DNA of 64,000 nt, from NCBI GenBank assembly GCA_964617045.1, contig CAZTVZ010000002.1:12095-76094 (forward strand), given 5' to 3'. Positions 46,301 to 55,219 of this stretch are shown here, in pieces; positions within the stretch are counted from its first letter, which is position 1, and every line of letters starts with the position of its first letter. The notes below the pieces were generated by a model. That model ran no database searches and was not told where the DNA came from. It saw only the letters and a list, made by a program, of their open reading frames with translations. Position numbers and translations under genes: made by a program. Origin of the DNA: an uncultured Gammaproteobacteria bacterium (GTDB lineage: Bacteria; Patescibacteriota; Microgenomatia; UBA8517).

Positions 46301-47483
46301 TATTAGTGATCTTAAAGGATCCTCCAGTCTTTGGGTGAGAGAAGTTCTTCCTTCAGACGAATGGTTGCCTTTCAGCGATGATACAACCTGGCCGAGAGAC
46401 AATGATGTAAGTGCGGAGATGTATTGTTCCGGAGATATCCTGAATTACGATAACTATGATGAGATTAACAACCCTCTTTATGGGGAATCCTATTACTGTA
46501 TCGCTTTCAATACCTTAAACAAAGGAAAGATTACCGGAGTGAAATGGGAAGATGTTGACGGAGATATGCATTATGAACGAGGAGAAAATACGATAGCGGG
46601 CTGGAATATTACCGCCACAGATTCTCAAGGTCATTCGTATTCAGCAAGCACCAATGCAAGCGGTGAGTACGAATTTGACAACTTGATGCCCGGCGAATAC
46701 ACGATATGTGAAGAAAATCAAAGAGGTTATATTCAAACATATCCTTCGGAACAGTCTTGCCATACAGTAACTGTAATAGGGGGAAGAACTGAAAGCGGTA
46801 ATAATTTTGGAAATATGCCGGTTGATTTGAATCTTGCGATCGAGAAGACAAATATTCTCAATACCTCCAATGCTACCGTCGATTATACAATCAAGGTAAC
46901 AAACACCGGGAACATGAACTTTAACTCTTATGAAATCCATGATGCTCTCCCCGGAGGGTTTACTTATCTTGCAGGGAGTTCGTATTTGAATGACAACCCG
47001 ATAGACGATCCGGTATTCAATAGCGGTGAAGCAATGTGGTCAATTGAGGAAGGTTTAGAAATTGGAGAAACAGCTATCCTTACATATAGAGCAACTTTTG
47101 ATTCGGGTCTTCCTGCAGGATTCTATACCAACTTTGCCTATGCGGTTGGAGTATTCTACTACCCTTGGGATAATCCGGAACCTTCAGTATTTGAAAGGGC
47201 AATGATTGTTGATGACTCTGACGATTATACCCACGAAGAGCCGATTATCATTCGGGTATCGGATACCGCGACAACCGAAATTGTTGATTCTCAAGTCGAA
47301 CTTCTTTCATCTGTAAGCTATGGAGGAAAATTGACAGGACAAGTATTGGGAGCATCAACGGACGTCCTTCCCGCGACAGGATCGGAAACTTGGGTTATAA
47401 TGCTCGCAACCGCTTTTGTGGTAGTAGGATTTGTAACAAAAGGAGCAGCAATAATGATAGAGAGGAAAAGAAAAAATGAATAA
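43317..47483 (+). CDS. Large sortase-anchored adhesin (prealbumin/SdrD-B-like repeats, DUF11-like domain, LPATG)
   Basis: Signal peptide, Thr/Pro/Glu linker, GEKFNDKNGN..GWRIYVDLNENG..TDSGGDY..GLLPGEY SdrD-B pattern, LAIEK..VDYTIKVTNTG..DALPGGFTY; C-terminal LPATG (47367-47381) + TM + RKRK. Confidence 0.9.
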   Translation: MSRNKANRLFSFLALFSIVFNNILTPLSVYAEDVQENPQQQEDVLVEPAPSTEETQDQVEITPTETIIPTPTVEESIITTPEATPEVSGETNEAAQPQAPPVTDTPTPTPSVEIVAPQGDEKLQVNIVEDVQAVSIDFMDIQYNPDGTASIKTDKLDYAPTDVVVITGTGFDVLTEYDLLITGTNDFNYTTKVTASDKGEILYSYQLDGTYRPEYKVEIKSGDVVIAEATFTDADTSLNTPDDVDGNISISGGDHNWSNSSDARTSNNDRAYVLITSSSNISNYLRATDFDFSIPNDALINGITVVIERSEGGQNPSKIRDYSVRLVKNDNVVGDNKAKTGIDWPLSDGTENYGGVGDLWGESWTANEINSNKFGVALSVGRNSGGDEYARVDAISISVNYSLSSEQKEYWCHCAASGVCNTLHLPMSALISAGHVDANGNPLHAGDYAGQCIQKGTIVVKKVTNPNTDTTTMFSFSGNAGGMMGNGEQINWGQQNPGSYTMTEDDPSALGYELESISCNDGASQTPSTWDLNSRTVYLNLDSGENLECTFTNKKLPVTFSINKYIDQDGDLENTTGDRSDGVGWTFQIYKEGAAPQLMATGTTDSTGNISMPPFYPESGKTYRVVEQSQSGYSFVSAKCGIAATPRGQIGTDSVDSISVNPGENIVCDFYNKPATGVLKITKDSRPNDTQDFLFTIRDSQGNIVGNAELDDWSGSSRPDNKSFTLNAGTYYITETVEGGSPDWKLTDAVCTTDTGSLGNYGFTPDGRFSAEVLPGQNMNCTFINTKYGGVYGEKFNDKNGNNIDDSGEEDLRGWRIYVDLNENGKYDSGEPTDVTDSGGDYSIGGLLPGEYSICEVQQSGWYSSLPNNALCQKTTIHSDGGDWDEVSFGNHGIVTIKAYKIVCPMEAFLPNWGYGPYGSIDGGTADWFLSHHTGCYYQDNWEFQWGYGGRGGVSSVPGDYIGYAPKTGDDYDEWKNFNTATNNHYGSQYSAKAYISDLKGSSSLWVREVLPSDEWLPFSDDTTWPRDNDVSAEMYCSGDILNYDNYDEINNPLYGESYYCIAFNTLNKGKITGVKWEDVDGDMHYERGENTIAGWNITATDSQGHSYSASTNASGEYEFDNLMPGEYTICEENQRGYIQTYPSEQSCHTVTVIGGRTESGNNFGNMPVDLNLAIEKTNILNTSNATVDYTIKVTNTGNMNFNSYEIHDALPGGFTYLAGSSYLNDNPIDDPVFNSGEAMWSIEEGLEIGETAILTYRATFDSGLPAGFYTNFAYAVGVFYYPWDNPEPSVFERAMIVDDSDDYTHEEPIIIRVSDTATTEIVDSQVELLSSVSYGGKLTGQVLGASTDVLPATGSETWVIMLATAFVVVGFVTKGAAIMIERKRKNE

Positions 47484-48405
47484 ATTAATCACCGGATTTT
47501 TGTTGTCTTTGATAGGGCTATTTTTTGCGGGATCTGCTTATGCACAAATGTCTCCAAAGGTTGCAATAACTCAACTTCCCGAATATACCAAAACAAATTC
47601 ATTGAAATTGCAGTATTCGGCTATTTCATCTAATCCTGCGGACATAACGGCGCAGTTCTACTACAGGAAAGATGGTAATTCATATGTACCTTTTGGAGGA
47701 GTGTTCACTGGTTCCAATGGGGTAATTCAAACAACCGATATGCAAATTAACGATCAAGCAAAATATTATTTCAAGGTAGTTTTGAATTCCGGGCAAGAGT
47801 CCGAAACATGGACAACTTACGATGTATCTGCACCCGGAGAACCAGGCGGATTTTCCAAAGAAAGACTTGGACCGACAACATACAGAATTAAATGGCACAC
47901 ACCAAACAGCGACGATTTTTCCCAGGTTATTATCTATCGGGGAGAAAAGATTGATATTGAAGCCAACAGTGGAGCCGAAGTTGCCAGGGTCGGAGGAACA
48001 AAAGACACCGATTATGAATGGGTAGACAACGGAGTTGATCCGACAAAAGATTATTACTACGTTGTTAGAGCAGTAGACAAAGCGGGCAATACATCTTCTT
48101 TGATTGGAGATGCTGAACTCGCGGCAGTGCTAGGAATATCCACCACCGGAACAATTTCACAGTCTTCAGGAAGTGTTCCCGAAGGATCGGTTGTAACATT
48201 GCCGAAAGAAGAACCGGAAGGACAAGTATTGGAAGAATCGACAGAGGTGGTTGAAGAAGAAATAATAAATATGGACAAAGAACTCGAGAACGGTATTGCC
48301 AAGACGGTTGTTAAAAGAATTACATCCAGCTGGATTCTTACGGCAGCAATCGTAGTCGCGTTTGTAGCAGGATTTACTTCCTACTTTATCTCCAAAAGAA
48401 AATAA
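47476..48405 (+). CDS. FN3-domain surface protein with C-terminal TM
   Basis: Signal peptide; IKW..P..D....IIYR..YYYVVRAVDKAGNTS; TM followed by KRK. Confidence 0.85.
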   Translation: MNKLITGFLLSLIGLFFAGSAYAQMSPKVAITQLPEYTKTNSLKLQYSAISSNPADITAQFYYRKDGNSYVPFGGVFTGSNGVIQTTDMQINDQAKYYFKVVLNSGQESETWTTYDVSAPGEPGGFSKERLGPTTYRIKWHTPNSDDFSQVIIYRGEKIDIEANSGAEVARVGGTKDTDYEWVDNGVDPTKDYYYVVRAVDKAGNTSSLIGDAELAAVLGISTTGTISQSSGSVPEGSVVTLPKEEPEGQVLEESTEVVEEEIINMDKELENGIAKTVVKRITSSWILTAAIVVAFVAGFTSYFISKRK

Positions 48406-48447
48406 AGCTTACTTGATAAAAATAGCCTCGCGGATTAAGATTAAGTA

Positions 48448-49398
48448 ATGAAATTTGCCCATAAAATTGCCCATCTTTTTTGGCCGAGAGAATCAAACAA
48501 TCACAAAGCCAAGTTGCTTCATAATTCTAGCCTTGCTGTTATTGCAGTATGTTTAATAATATTTCAGGGAATACTTACTTATCTTCCACGTATCGCCCCC
48601 GATGTTCTTGGATATGCATCAAATATCTCACCAGAAGAAGTAATAAGGCTTACCAATGAAAAAAGAGCTCAGAATGGACTTTCTCCGTTGACTGCCAATG
48701 CGACATTGTCACAGGCGGCTCAGGCAAAAGGATTGCATATGTTGGAACACGATTATTGGGCCCATTTTTCTCCTGATGGCGTAAGCCCTTGGACATTTTT
48801 TGCCAATTTTGGTTACAGCTATAAATATGCCGGAGAAAATCTTGCTCGTGATTTCCGGGATCCTTCCTCCGCTGTAGAAGCTTGGATGAATTCGCAAGCC
48901 CACAAAGACAATATGCTTTCTCCAAAGTATAAAGAAATAGGTATAGCGGTTGTGGAAGGTGACTTGGCCGGAGTCGATACTACTATAATAGTACAGTTTT
49001 TCGGAACTCAGGCTGCCGACACAATTCCCGTTCAGCCTATTGCCCAAATCACACCGGTGGTCACGGTAGCTCCCGAGATATCACCTATAATTAGTGTGGA
49101 AACACCGACACCCACTCAAGCTGAAGCACCGACGTTAACTGTTACACCCACACCTTCATTTATCGAGATATCCCCGTCTCCTCAGGTGCAGGCAAAAGTC
49201 TTGGTATCACCGTTTAATGCATCAAAAACTTTATCCATTGCTATTGTGGCAATATTATTGGGCGTTCTCGTTATTGACGGTGTCGTGACTTCAAGAAAAA
49301 GAATTGCCAGAATTGGAGGAAGAACTTTTGCACATGTATCTTTCCTGGGAATGATTTTGGTGATAATAATTATACTTAGAGCGGGGAGGGTAATATGA
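48448..49398 (+). CDS. CAP/SCP-domain membrane protein
   Basis: LTNEKR..GL.PL, YWAH, AGENLA, WMNS..H..N and EIGIAV..VQFFG motifs. Confidence 0.93.
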   Translation: MKFAHKIAHLFWPRESNNHKAKLLHNSSLAVIAVCLIIFQGILTYLPRIAPDVLGYASNISPEEVIRLTNEKRAQNGLSPLTANATLSQAAQAKGLHMLEHDYWAHFSPDGVSPWTFFANFGYSYKYAGENLARDFRDPSSAVEAWMNSQAHKDNMLSPKYKEIGIAVVEGDLAGVDTTIIVQFFGTQAADTIPVQPIAQITPVVTVAPEISPIISVETPTPTQAEAPTLTVTPTPSFIEISPSPQVQAKVLVSPFNASKTLSIAIVAILLGVLVIDGVVTSRKRIARIGGRTFAHVSFLGMILVIIIILRAGRVI

Positions 49399-49652
49399 AA
49401 AACATTGCAAAACATTTACCTCACTATTTTCCTTTAATGGGAATTCTTGCGGCTGCAGTAATCGGCTTTATATATCTTCCTCAGGACAGATTTTGGCAAA
49501 TTGCAATTACCGTTGCCATGTCGGTTTCGTATGTTGTTTGGGGTATTGTTCACCACCATCTTTACAAGGATTTTAAACTAAATATTCTCATTGAATACCT
49601 GGTTGTGGCATTTCTGGGTATGATATTGGTATTCTCACTCCTCATAAAATAA
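49395..49652 (+). CDS. Small membrane protein
   Basis: Three TM helices; YVVWGIVHH..D..EY motif. Confidence 0.75.
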   Translation: MKNIAKHLPHYFPLMGILAAAVIGFIYLPQDRFWQIAITVAMSVSYVVWGIVHHHLYKDFKLNILIEYLVVAFLGMILVFSLLIK

Positions 49653-49712
49653 TTCCTAAAAATTGGTCATTTTGGATGATTTTAGCCTCGAAAGAGAGTA
49701 TAATCGTTGGGT

Positions 49713-50213
49713 ATGAAAGAAAAACATCAGGATTTTATCTCGCCCACAAAAGGGCCTCTTTCCAAAGAAGAGGTTATCTCCGATATTGCCAAATTTATTG
49801 AATCAGGCCCCAATGAAAAATACCATATTGTATTGGGTACCGATTCTCAAGCTCACAACGATGACGGTGAGGACCATATTAATTTCGTAACCGCCCTTAT
49901 TGTTCATAGGGAAGGGAAAGGTGCTAAATACTACTGGAGGAAACAGGTCATTAAAGAAAAACCAATATTGAGAAAAAAGATTTGGACTGAAACAACAATA
50001 TCTCTTCTGACAGCTCAAGAATTAGTTCCGGAACTAAATGAAGCAATTACGGCAGTGAAGTTTGATTTTGAGATTCATATCGATGTTGGACCTTTGGGAA
50101 AAACAAGGGAAATGATCAAAGAAGTTGTTGGAATGATTAACGGAAACGGATTTGTGGCGAAAACAAAACCGGAAAGTTGGGGTGCTTCTTCTGTTGCCGA
50201 CAAGCACACTTAA
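49713..50213 (+). CDS. RNase H-like YkuK/DUF458 family protein
   Basis: GTDSQ, L..KI..ET..S, EIHIDVG..G.T and KP.S..AS.VADK motifs. Confidence 0.9.
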   Translation: MKEKHQDFISPTKGPLSKEEVISDIAKFIESGPNEKYHIVLGTDSQAHNDDGEDHINFVTALIVHREGKGAKYYWRKQVIKEKPILRKKIWTETTISLLTAQELVPELNEAITAVKFDFEIHIDVGPLGKTREMIKEVVGMINGNGFVAKTKPESWGASSVADKHT

Positions 50214-50267
50214 CAGCCAGTTGAAATTAGTTATTTGATTTGATATGTTTAAGCATACAATTATAGT

Positions 50268-50984
50268 ATGAAAGGCGTTGTCTTAGCAGGCGGTTTAGGA
50301 TCAAGGTTATACCCTTTAACTTACGCTACCAATAAACATTTACTCCCCGTTTACGATCAGCCTATGGTATATTATCCGATCCAGACATTGGTAGGTGCAG
50401 GAATTCACGAAATAATGGTTGTTACCGGTGGTCCTCATGCAGGAGATTTTATAAATGTTTTGAAAAACGGAGATAAATTTGGAGTTTCTCATTTGGAATA
50501 TGCATTCCAAGAAGGTGAAGGAGGAATTGCAGATGCGCTTAGATTGGCAAAAAGTTTTTCGGATGGTGAACCGATTTGTGTTATTTTAGGAGACAATTGT
50601 ACGGATGCCGACATATCCGAATCTGTGCAGAACTTCAAATCGGGTGCAACAATATTCTTAAAAGAAGTTCCAGATCCTCAAAGATTCGGATGTCCCGAAA
50701 TGGACGACAAGGGTAATATTATAAACATAATAGAGAAACCCAAGAATCCTCCAACAAATTATGCTGTAACCGGATTATATTTTTACGACAAGGATGTTTT
50801 TGACAAGATTGAATCAATTAAGCCTTCAGACAGAGGAGAGCTAGAAATTACGGACATAAACAATTTATATCTCAAAGAAGGAAAGCTTAATTGGAGTTTG
50901 TTGAAAGGGTACTGGCGTGATGCCGGTACATTTGCTACACTATTCGAGGCCAATAAGTATTGGGCAGATAAGAAGGAGGCGTAA
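50268..50984 (+). CDS. rfbA: Glucose-1-phosphate thymidylyltransferase (short form)
   Basis: LAGGLGSRLYPLT..NKHLLPVY, LGDN, EKP and PSDRGELEITD motifs. Confidence 0.92.
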   Translation: MKGVVLAGGLGSRLYPLTYATNKHLLPVYDQPMVYYPIQTLVGAGIHEIMVVTGGPHAGDFINVLKNGDKFGVSHLEYAFQEGEGGIADALRLAKSFSDGEPICVILGDNCTDADISESVQNFKSGATIFLKEVPDPQRFGCPEMDDKGNIINIIEKPKNPPTNYAVTGLYFYDKDVFDKIESIKPSDRGELEITDINNLYLKEGKLNWSLLKGYWRDAGTFATLFEANKYWADKKEA

Positions 50985-50994
50985 GAGAAACGAA

Positions 50995-52011
50995 ATGAAT
51001 TTATTAGTATGTGGAGGTGCCGGTTTTATAGGATCGAACTTTATTAGAGTGTTTCTTGAAGAACACCCTCAGGATAAGGTTGTCAATTTGGATAAATTAA
51101 CCTATGCCGGCAATTTGGAAAACTTGAAGGATGTTGAAAACAATCCAAATTATAAATTTGTTCAAGGAGATATCACCGACCTCGAGAGATTAAATGAAGT
51201 AATCAAAGAAAACTCAATCACCCATATTATTAATTTTGCGGCAGAGACACACGTTGATAGGTCAATTCATGGTGGATGTAAAGATTTTGTCTTAACAAAC
51301 ACATTGGGAGTGCAAATGATTCTCGATGCAGCCAAATTTAACAACATCGAAAAAATGGTTAACGTATCAACAGACGAAGTATATGGCGCACTTGAACTGG
51401 ACGAAGACAGAAAATTCACTGAAAAAACTCCCATTTGGCCAAATATGCCCTATGCAGCAGCAAAAGCAGGCGGAGATTTAATGTGTAATGCCTATTGGGT
51501 AACACACAAAGTTCCTGTAATTGTCACACACTGTTCAAATAATTATGGACCTTATCAATATCCGGAAAAATTAATTCCATTCTTTATTTTTAAAGCAATG
51601 GCTGGAGAAAAGTTGCCGGTGTACGGGGACGGATTGAATGTGCGTGATTGGATTTATGTAACAGATCATGCAAAAGCCTTAATTCTTCTTTTGGAGAAAG
51701 GTGTTCCCGGTGAGGTATATAATATTGGTTCTGATAATGAAAGAAATAATTTGGAAGTAACCAAAATGATACTTAAACATCTTGGTAAGCCTGAAGATGC
51801 ATTTGAGTATGTACAAGATAGACCTGGCCACGACAGAAGATATGCAATTGACGCTTCTAAGATAATGGCTTTAGGATGGAAACCGGAATATCCTCTTGAG
51901 AAATTTGAAGAAGGGTTAAGGAAGACCATTGATTGGTATTTGGAAAACAAAGACTGGGTTGACCATTTGAGAGAAAAAGCCAAAGAAGCAAACGCCCATA
52001 TTAAAAAATAA
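50995..52011 (+). CDS. rfbB: dTDP-glucose 4,6-dehydratase
   Basis: GGAGFIGSNF, DKLTYAGN, AAETHVDRS, STDEVYG, NNYGPYQYPEKLIP and DRPGHDRRY motifs. Confidence 0.96.
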   Translation: MNLLVCGGAGFIGSNFIRVFLEEHPQDKVVNLDKLTYAGNLENLKDVENNPNYKFVQGDITDLERLNEVIKENSITHIINFAAETHVDRSIHGGCKDFVLTNTLGVQMILDAAKFNNIEKMVNVSTDEVYGALELDEDRKFTEKTPIWPNMPYAAAKAGGDLMCNAYWVTHKVPVIVTHCSNNYGPYQYPEKLIPFFIFKAMAGEKLPVYGDGLNVRDWIYVTDHAKALILLLEKGVPGEVYNIGSDNERNNLEVTKMILKHLGKPEDAFEYVQDRPGHDRRYAIDASKIMALGWKPEYPLEKFEEGLRKTIDWYLENKDWVDHLREKAKEANAHIKK

Positions 52012-52433
52012 TGGCACCAAAATTTAATCCAATTGATGTTCAGGTTGCTGATGCTCCGAATTTCACCATGAACGTTCTCGAAATTGTAAAGAAAATTCCC
52101 GAAGGGACATCTTTTGAAGTAAAACGTTTGTATTGGTTAACAAATGTTAAAAACGAAAAGATGTCCGGGAAACATGCACACACCGATGAAGATGAAATAT
52201 TTGTAGTCTTGCAGGGCAGTGCAGAATTAACCTTGGATGACGGAACGGGGGAAGAACAGGTAATGATGAACACTGGCCAAATGATATGGGTTCCTAGGTT
52301 GATTTGGCACGGATTTACCAAACTATCCGACGATTCGATAGTGCTTGCGTTATCAAGCACTCTTTACGATCCAGATAGAAAAGGCTATGTGAACGATAAA
52401 GAACAATTTATCCAATTAGCAACGAACAAATGA
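52011..52433 (+). CDS. FdtA/QdtA/WxcM-like cupin (sugar 3,4-ketoisomerase family)
   Basis: FEVKRLYW, GKHAH, LQGS, WHGF and LSS..YD..Y motifs. Confidence 0.8.
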   Translation: MAPKFNPIDVQVADAPNFTMNVLEIVKKIPEGTSFEVKRLYWLTNVKNEKMSGKHAHTDEDEIFVVLQGSAELTLDDGTGEEQVMMNTGQMIWVPRLIWHGFTKLSDDSIVLALSSTLYDPDRKGYVNDKEQFIQLATNK

Positions 52434-53344
52434 GTGAAAGACTTCTTGTAACAGGTGCATCCGGTTTGGTGGGATCGAGATTCGTAGAACTGAAATCTCC
52501 TGATTGTGAAGTGTTGCCTACGGACATTAATACTTTCGATATTACGGATCGTGCCTCAGTGGAAAAATTTATTTTGGAAAATAAACCAACAGCGATAATC
52601 CATTTTGCCGGATATACGGATGTAGAAGGGGCTGAAAAAGAAAGAGGGCAAGAATCCGGCCCTGCATGGGAAGTAAACGTTTTAGGAACCAGAAATATTG
52701 CAGAAACGGCAGCAAAAAATGGGGTGTACATGATTCATATTTCGACCGATTTTGTGTTCAAAGGATCCGAGGATGATAAAGGACCCCATTCGGAAGATAA
52801 ACCTTTACCCGCCGACAATAATGGAATCGGTTGGTATGGCTGGACCAAAAAATTAGCCGAAGACGAGGTTCGGAAAGCCCATCCCAATGCATCCATTGCC
52901 AGGATAAGTTATCCGTTTAGAGCAAATTTTGAAGGTAAAAAAGATTTTGCCAGAAGTATTCTTTCTTTGTACGAAGGGGGAACACTATATCCTCTTTTCT
53001 CCGACCAATATCTAACACCGGCATTTATCGACGATATCGCCAAAGCATTAAATATATTGGTCAATAAAAAATTGCCCGGCACATTTCATCTGGTTTGTAC
53101 GGGAGTGACAACACCATTTGAATTTGGGAATTATCTATTGGAGAAAGCAAAAGGAGTAAAAGATGCTGTAAAACCTGGTTCTCTGAAAGAATTTATGAGT
53201 GTTCCGGGAAGGACGCCAAAACCTATGTATGGGGGACTTTTAAATGAAAAAACAGAAAGTATTTTGGGAATGAAATTTTTAACGTGGAAAGAAGCAATTG
53301 ACGAGCTCGTAAGGCAAATTAACTCTTCAAAAGATCAGGCCTAA
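52430..53344 (+). CDS. rfbD: dTDP-4-dehydrorhamnose reductase-family SDR
   Basis: TGASGLVG, YTDVEGAE, HISTDFVF.G and YGWTK motifs. Confidence 0.88.
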   Translation: MSERLLVTGASGLVGSRFVELKSPDCEVLPTDINTFDITDRASVEKFILENKPTAIIHFAGYTDVEGAEKERGQESGPAWEVNVLGTRNIAETAAKNGVYMIHISTDFVFKGSEDDKGPHSEDKPLPADNNGIGWYGWTKKLAEDEVRKAHPNASIARISYPFRANFEGKKDFARSILSLYEGGTLYPLFSDQYLTPAFIDDIAKALNILVNKKLPGTFHLVCTGVTTPFEFGNYLLEKAKGVKDAVKPGSLKEFMSVPGRTPKPMYGGLLNEKTESILGMKFLTWKEAIDELVRQINSSKDQA

Positions 53345-53990
53345 CTTTCATTGTTTTTTCTCGAGATTTCTCCTTTTTCCATTTTTCAATTTCACCATGA
53401 TTACCTCCCAGTAGTATTTCGGGAACTTTCCATCCTTTAAAACTTTCCGGCCTTGTGTATTGGGGGTATTCGAGTAGCCCGTCCGAAAATGATTCGTTTA
53501 TCGTTGCTTCTTCTTTTTTGAGAACTCCCGGGATTAGTCTGGCGACAGAATCGGCAATCAGCATTGCAGGCAACTCTCCACCCGTAAGAACAAAATCACC
53601 GATAGAAATTTCCTCGTCTACCAAATGATCGTGGATTCTTTCGTCAAATCCCTCAAAATGCCCCGCAAGGATTATTAAGTGTTTCAGTTTGGAATATTCC
53701 CTGGCTTTTTCTTGGGTATATTTATTTCCTCTTGGAGTTGTTATTACAACTTTGCATCCCGGAGTTTTAATTTCTTCCAGAATTTTATAAACCGGTTCTA
53801 CCATAATTATCATTCCTGCCCCTCCACTATACGGTCGGTCATCAACCGTTCTTCTTTCCCCAAGACCGTACTTTCTCAAATCATGAATGTTAAGCTCTAG
53901 AAGACCTTTTTCCTGGGCACGTTTAACAATAGATTCACTAAAGGGCCCCTCAAACATATTTGGAAATAATGTGACAATATCTATCCTCAT
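53319..53990 (-). CDS. trmD: tRNA (guanine-N1)-methyltransferase
   Basis: VDDRPYSGGAGM, GHFEGFDER, SIGDFVLTGGE and LEYPQYTRP motifs. Confidence 0.97.
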   Translation of the reverse strand: MRIDIVTLFPNMFEGPFSESIVKRAQEKGLLELNIHDLRKYGLGERRTVDDRPYSGGAGMIIMVEPVYKILEEIKTPGCKVVITTPRGNKYTQEKAREYSKLKHLIILAGHFEGFDERIHDHLVDEEISIGDFVLTGGELPAMLIADSVARLIPGVLKKEEATINESFSDGLLEYPQYTRPESFKGWKVPEILLGGNHGEIEKWKKEKSREKTMKVRPDLLKS

Positions 53991-54029
53991 GGTTGTATTT
54001 TACCAGCCTGGAGTGATAAAGTGAAAACA

Positions 54030-55175
54030 ATGAATAAAGTCGTAATAATAATGCCCACCTATAACGAGAAGGGTAATATTACAAAAATGATCGATACCCT
54101 CTTCAAAGAGGAATTCCCCAAGATATCCGAAGCTGAAATGCATCTTCTTGTAGTTGACGATAATTCTCCTGATGGAACCGGGGAAGTTGTTAAAGAAAAA
54201 ATGAAATCGCATAAAAACCTGCATCTTTTAACCGGAGAAAAACAGGGTTTGGGTTGGGCTTACATTAGAGGTATGAAACATGCAATGAAAGAATTGTCAG
54301 CCGATGCCGTAATGGAAATGGATGCGGATTTCCAGCATCCTCCGCGATTTGTCAAACCAATGGTTGAAGCTTATCTGAATGGAGCTGACTATTGTATTGG
54401 AAGCAGATATATTAAAGGTGGTTCGGTACCCAAAGAATGGGCGTTTTCCAGAAAGGCTATCTCATTTTTGGGAAATCTTTTTATAAGACTGGTTCTTCTT
54501 AAACCAGGGCTTCACGATTTGACGACAGGTTTTAGATTAACAAAAGTTGAGGGGGTACTCGATAAAATTGAACTCGATAACCTTATGGAACCGAAAAGAT
54601 TTGCTTACAAGGTTGATCTTCTTTATCAGAGTATCAAAAATTCCAAGAAAGTAGTTGAGGTTCCGCTCGAATTTGCTCCAAGACTTGAAGAGGCATCAAA
54701 GTTTAATCCCAAAGAAATGATATCTACTTTCAAAGTTGCGATTATTTTGGGGATTAAAGACAAGATGAAAATAATTAAATTCGGTACGGTTGGTTTTATT
54801 GGATTCATGGTTAATTTTATTTTAATCAGAGTTTTCAGGTCGTTTGGGTTACCGGAGATGGTTGTTTGGTTTTTGGCAACAGAGGCTGCAATAGTAAACA
54901 ATTTTGTGTTCAATAATATATGGACTTTTAAGGAAGCTCAGATATCGGGAATTGGTAAATGGTTGCAGAAGTTTTTGCAGTTCAATCTTACTTCCGCCGG
55001 AGCATTGGCAATTCAAACCGTTTTCGGATCTTTGGGGGTAAAATGGTTTGGAGCACAATATGACTGGTTAATACTCGCAGTAGTGGTTGTCTTTATGGTC
55101 CTTCCTTACAATTACACGATGTACAATCTTGTTATTTGGAAGACTTGGAAAAACCCTTTTTCTAAAAAAAAGTAA
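54030..55175 (+). CDS. Polyprenol-phosphate mannose synthase-like GT2 fused to a GtrA flippase domain
   Basis: PTYNE..NI, VDDNSPDGT, MDADFQH, GSRYIKGG and D.TTGFR; C-terminal KFGTVG..NF..NN.WTF GtrA domain. Confidence 0.92.
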   Translation: MNKVVIIMPTYNEKGNITKMIDTLFKEEFPKISEAEMHLLVVDDNSPDGTGEVVKEKMKSHKNLHLLTGEKQGLGWAYIRGMKHAMKELSADAVMEMDADFQHPPRFVKPMVEAYLNGADYCIGSRYIKGGSVPKEWAFSRKAISFLGNLFIRLVLLKPGLHDLTTGFRLTKVEGVLDKIELDNLMEPKRFAYKVDLLYQSIKNSKKVVEVPLEFAPRLEEASKFNPKEMISTFKVAIILGIKDKMKIIKFGTVGFIGFMVNFILIRVFRSFGLPEMVVWFLATEAAIVNNFVFNNIWTFKEAQISGIGKWLQKFLQFNLTSAGALAIQTVFGSLGVKWFGAQYDWLILAVVVVFMVLPYNYTMYNLVIWKTWKNPFSKKK

Positions 55176-55219
55176 TCTGAGAGCTTTTGAGAGAACTGCC
55201 TTTGCTATAATATTCCGAA

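Noticed and set aside
12870-49689. TAGCCT hexamer in several promoter regions (12870, 19909, 48423, 49683)
   Set aside because: Short motif with inconsistent spacing to the -10 box; cannot be separated from chance without counting.
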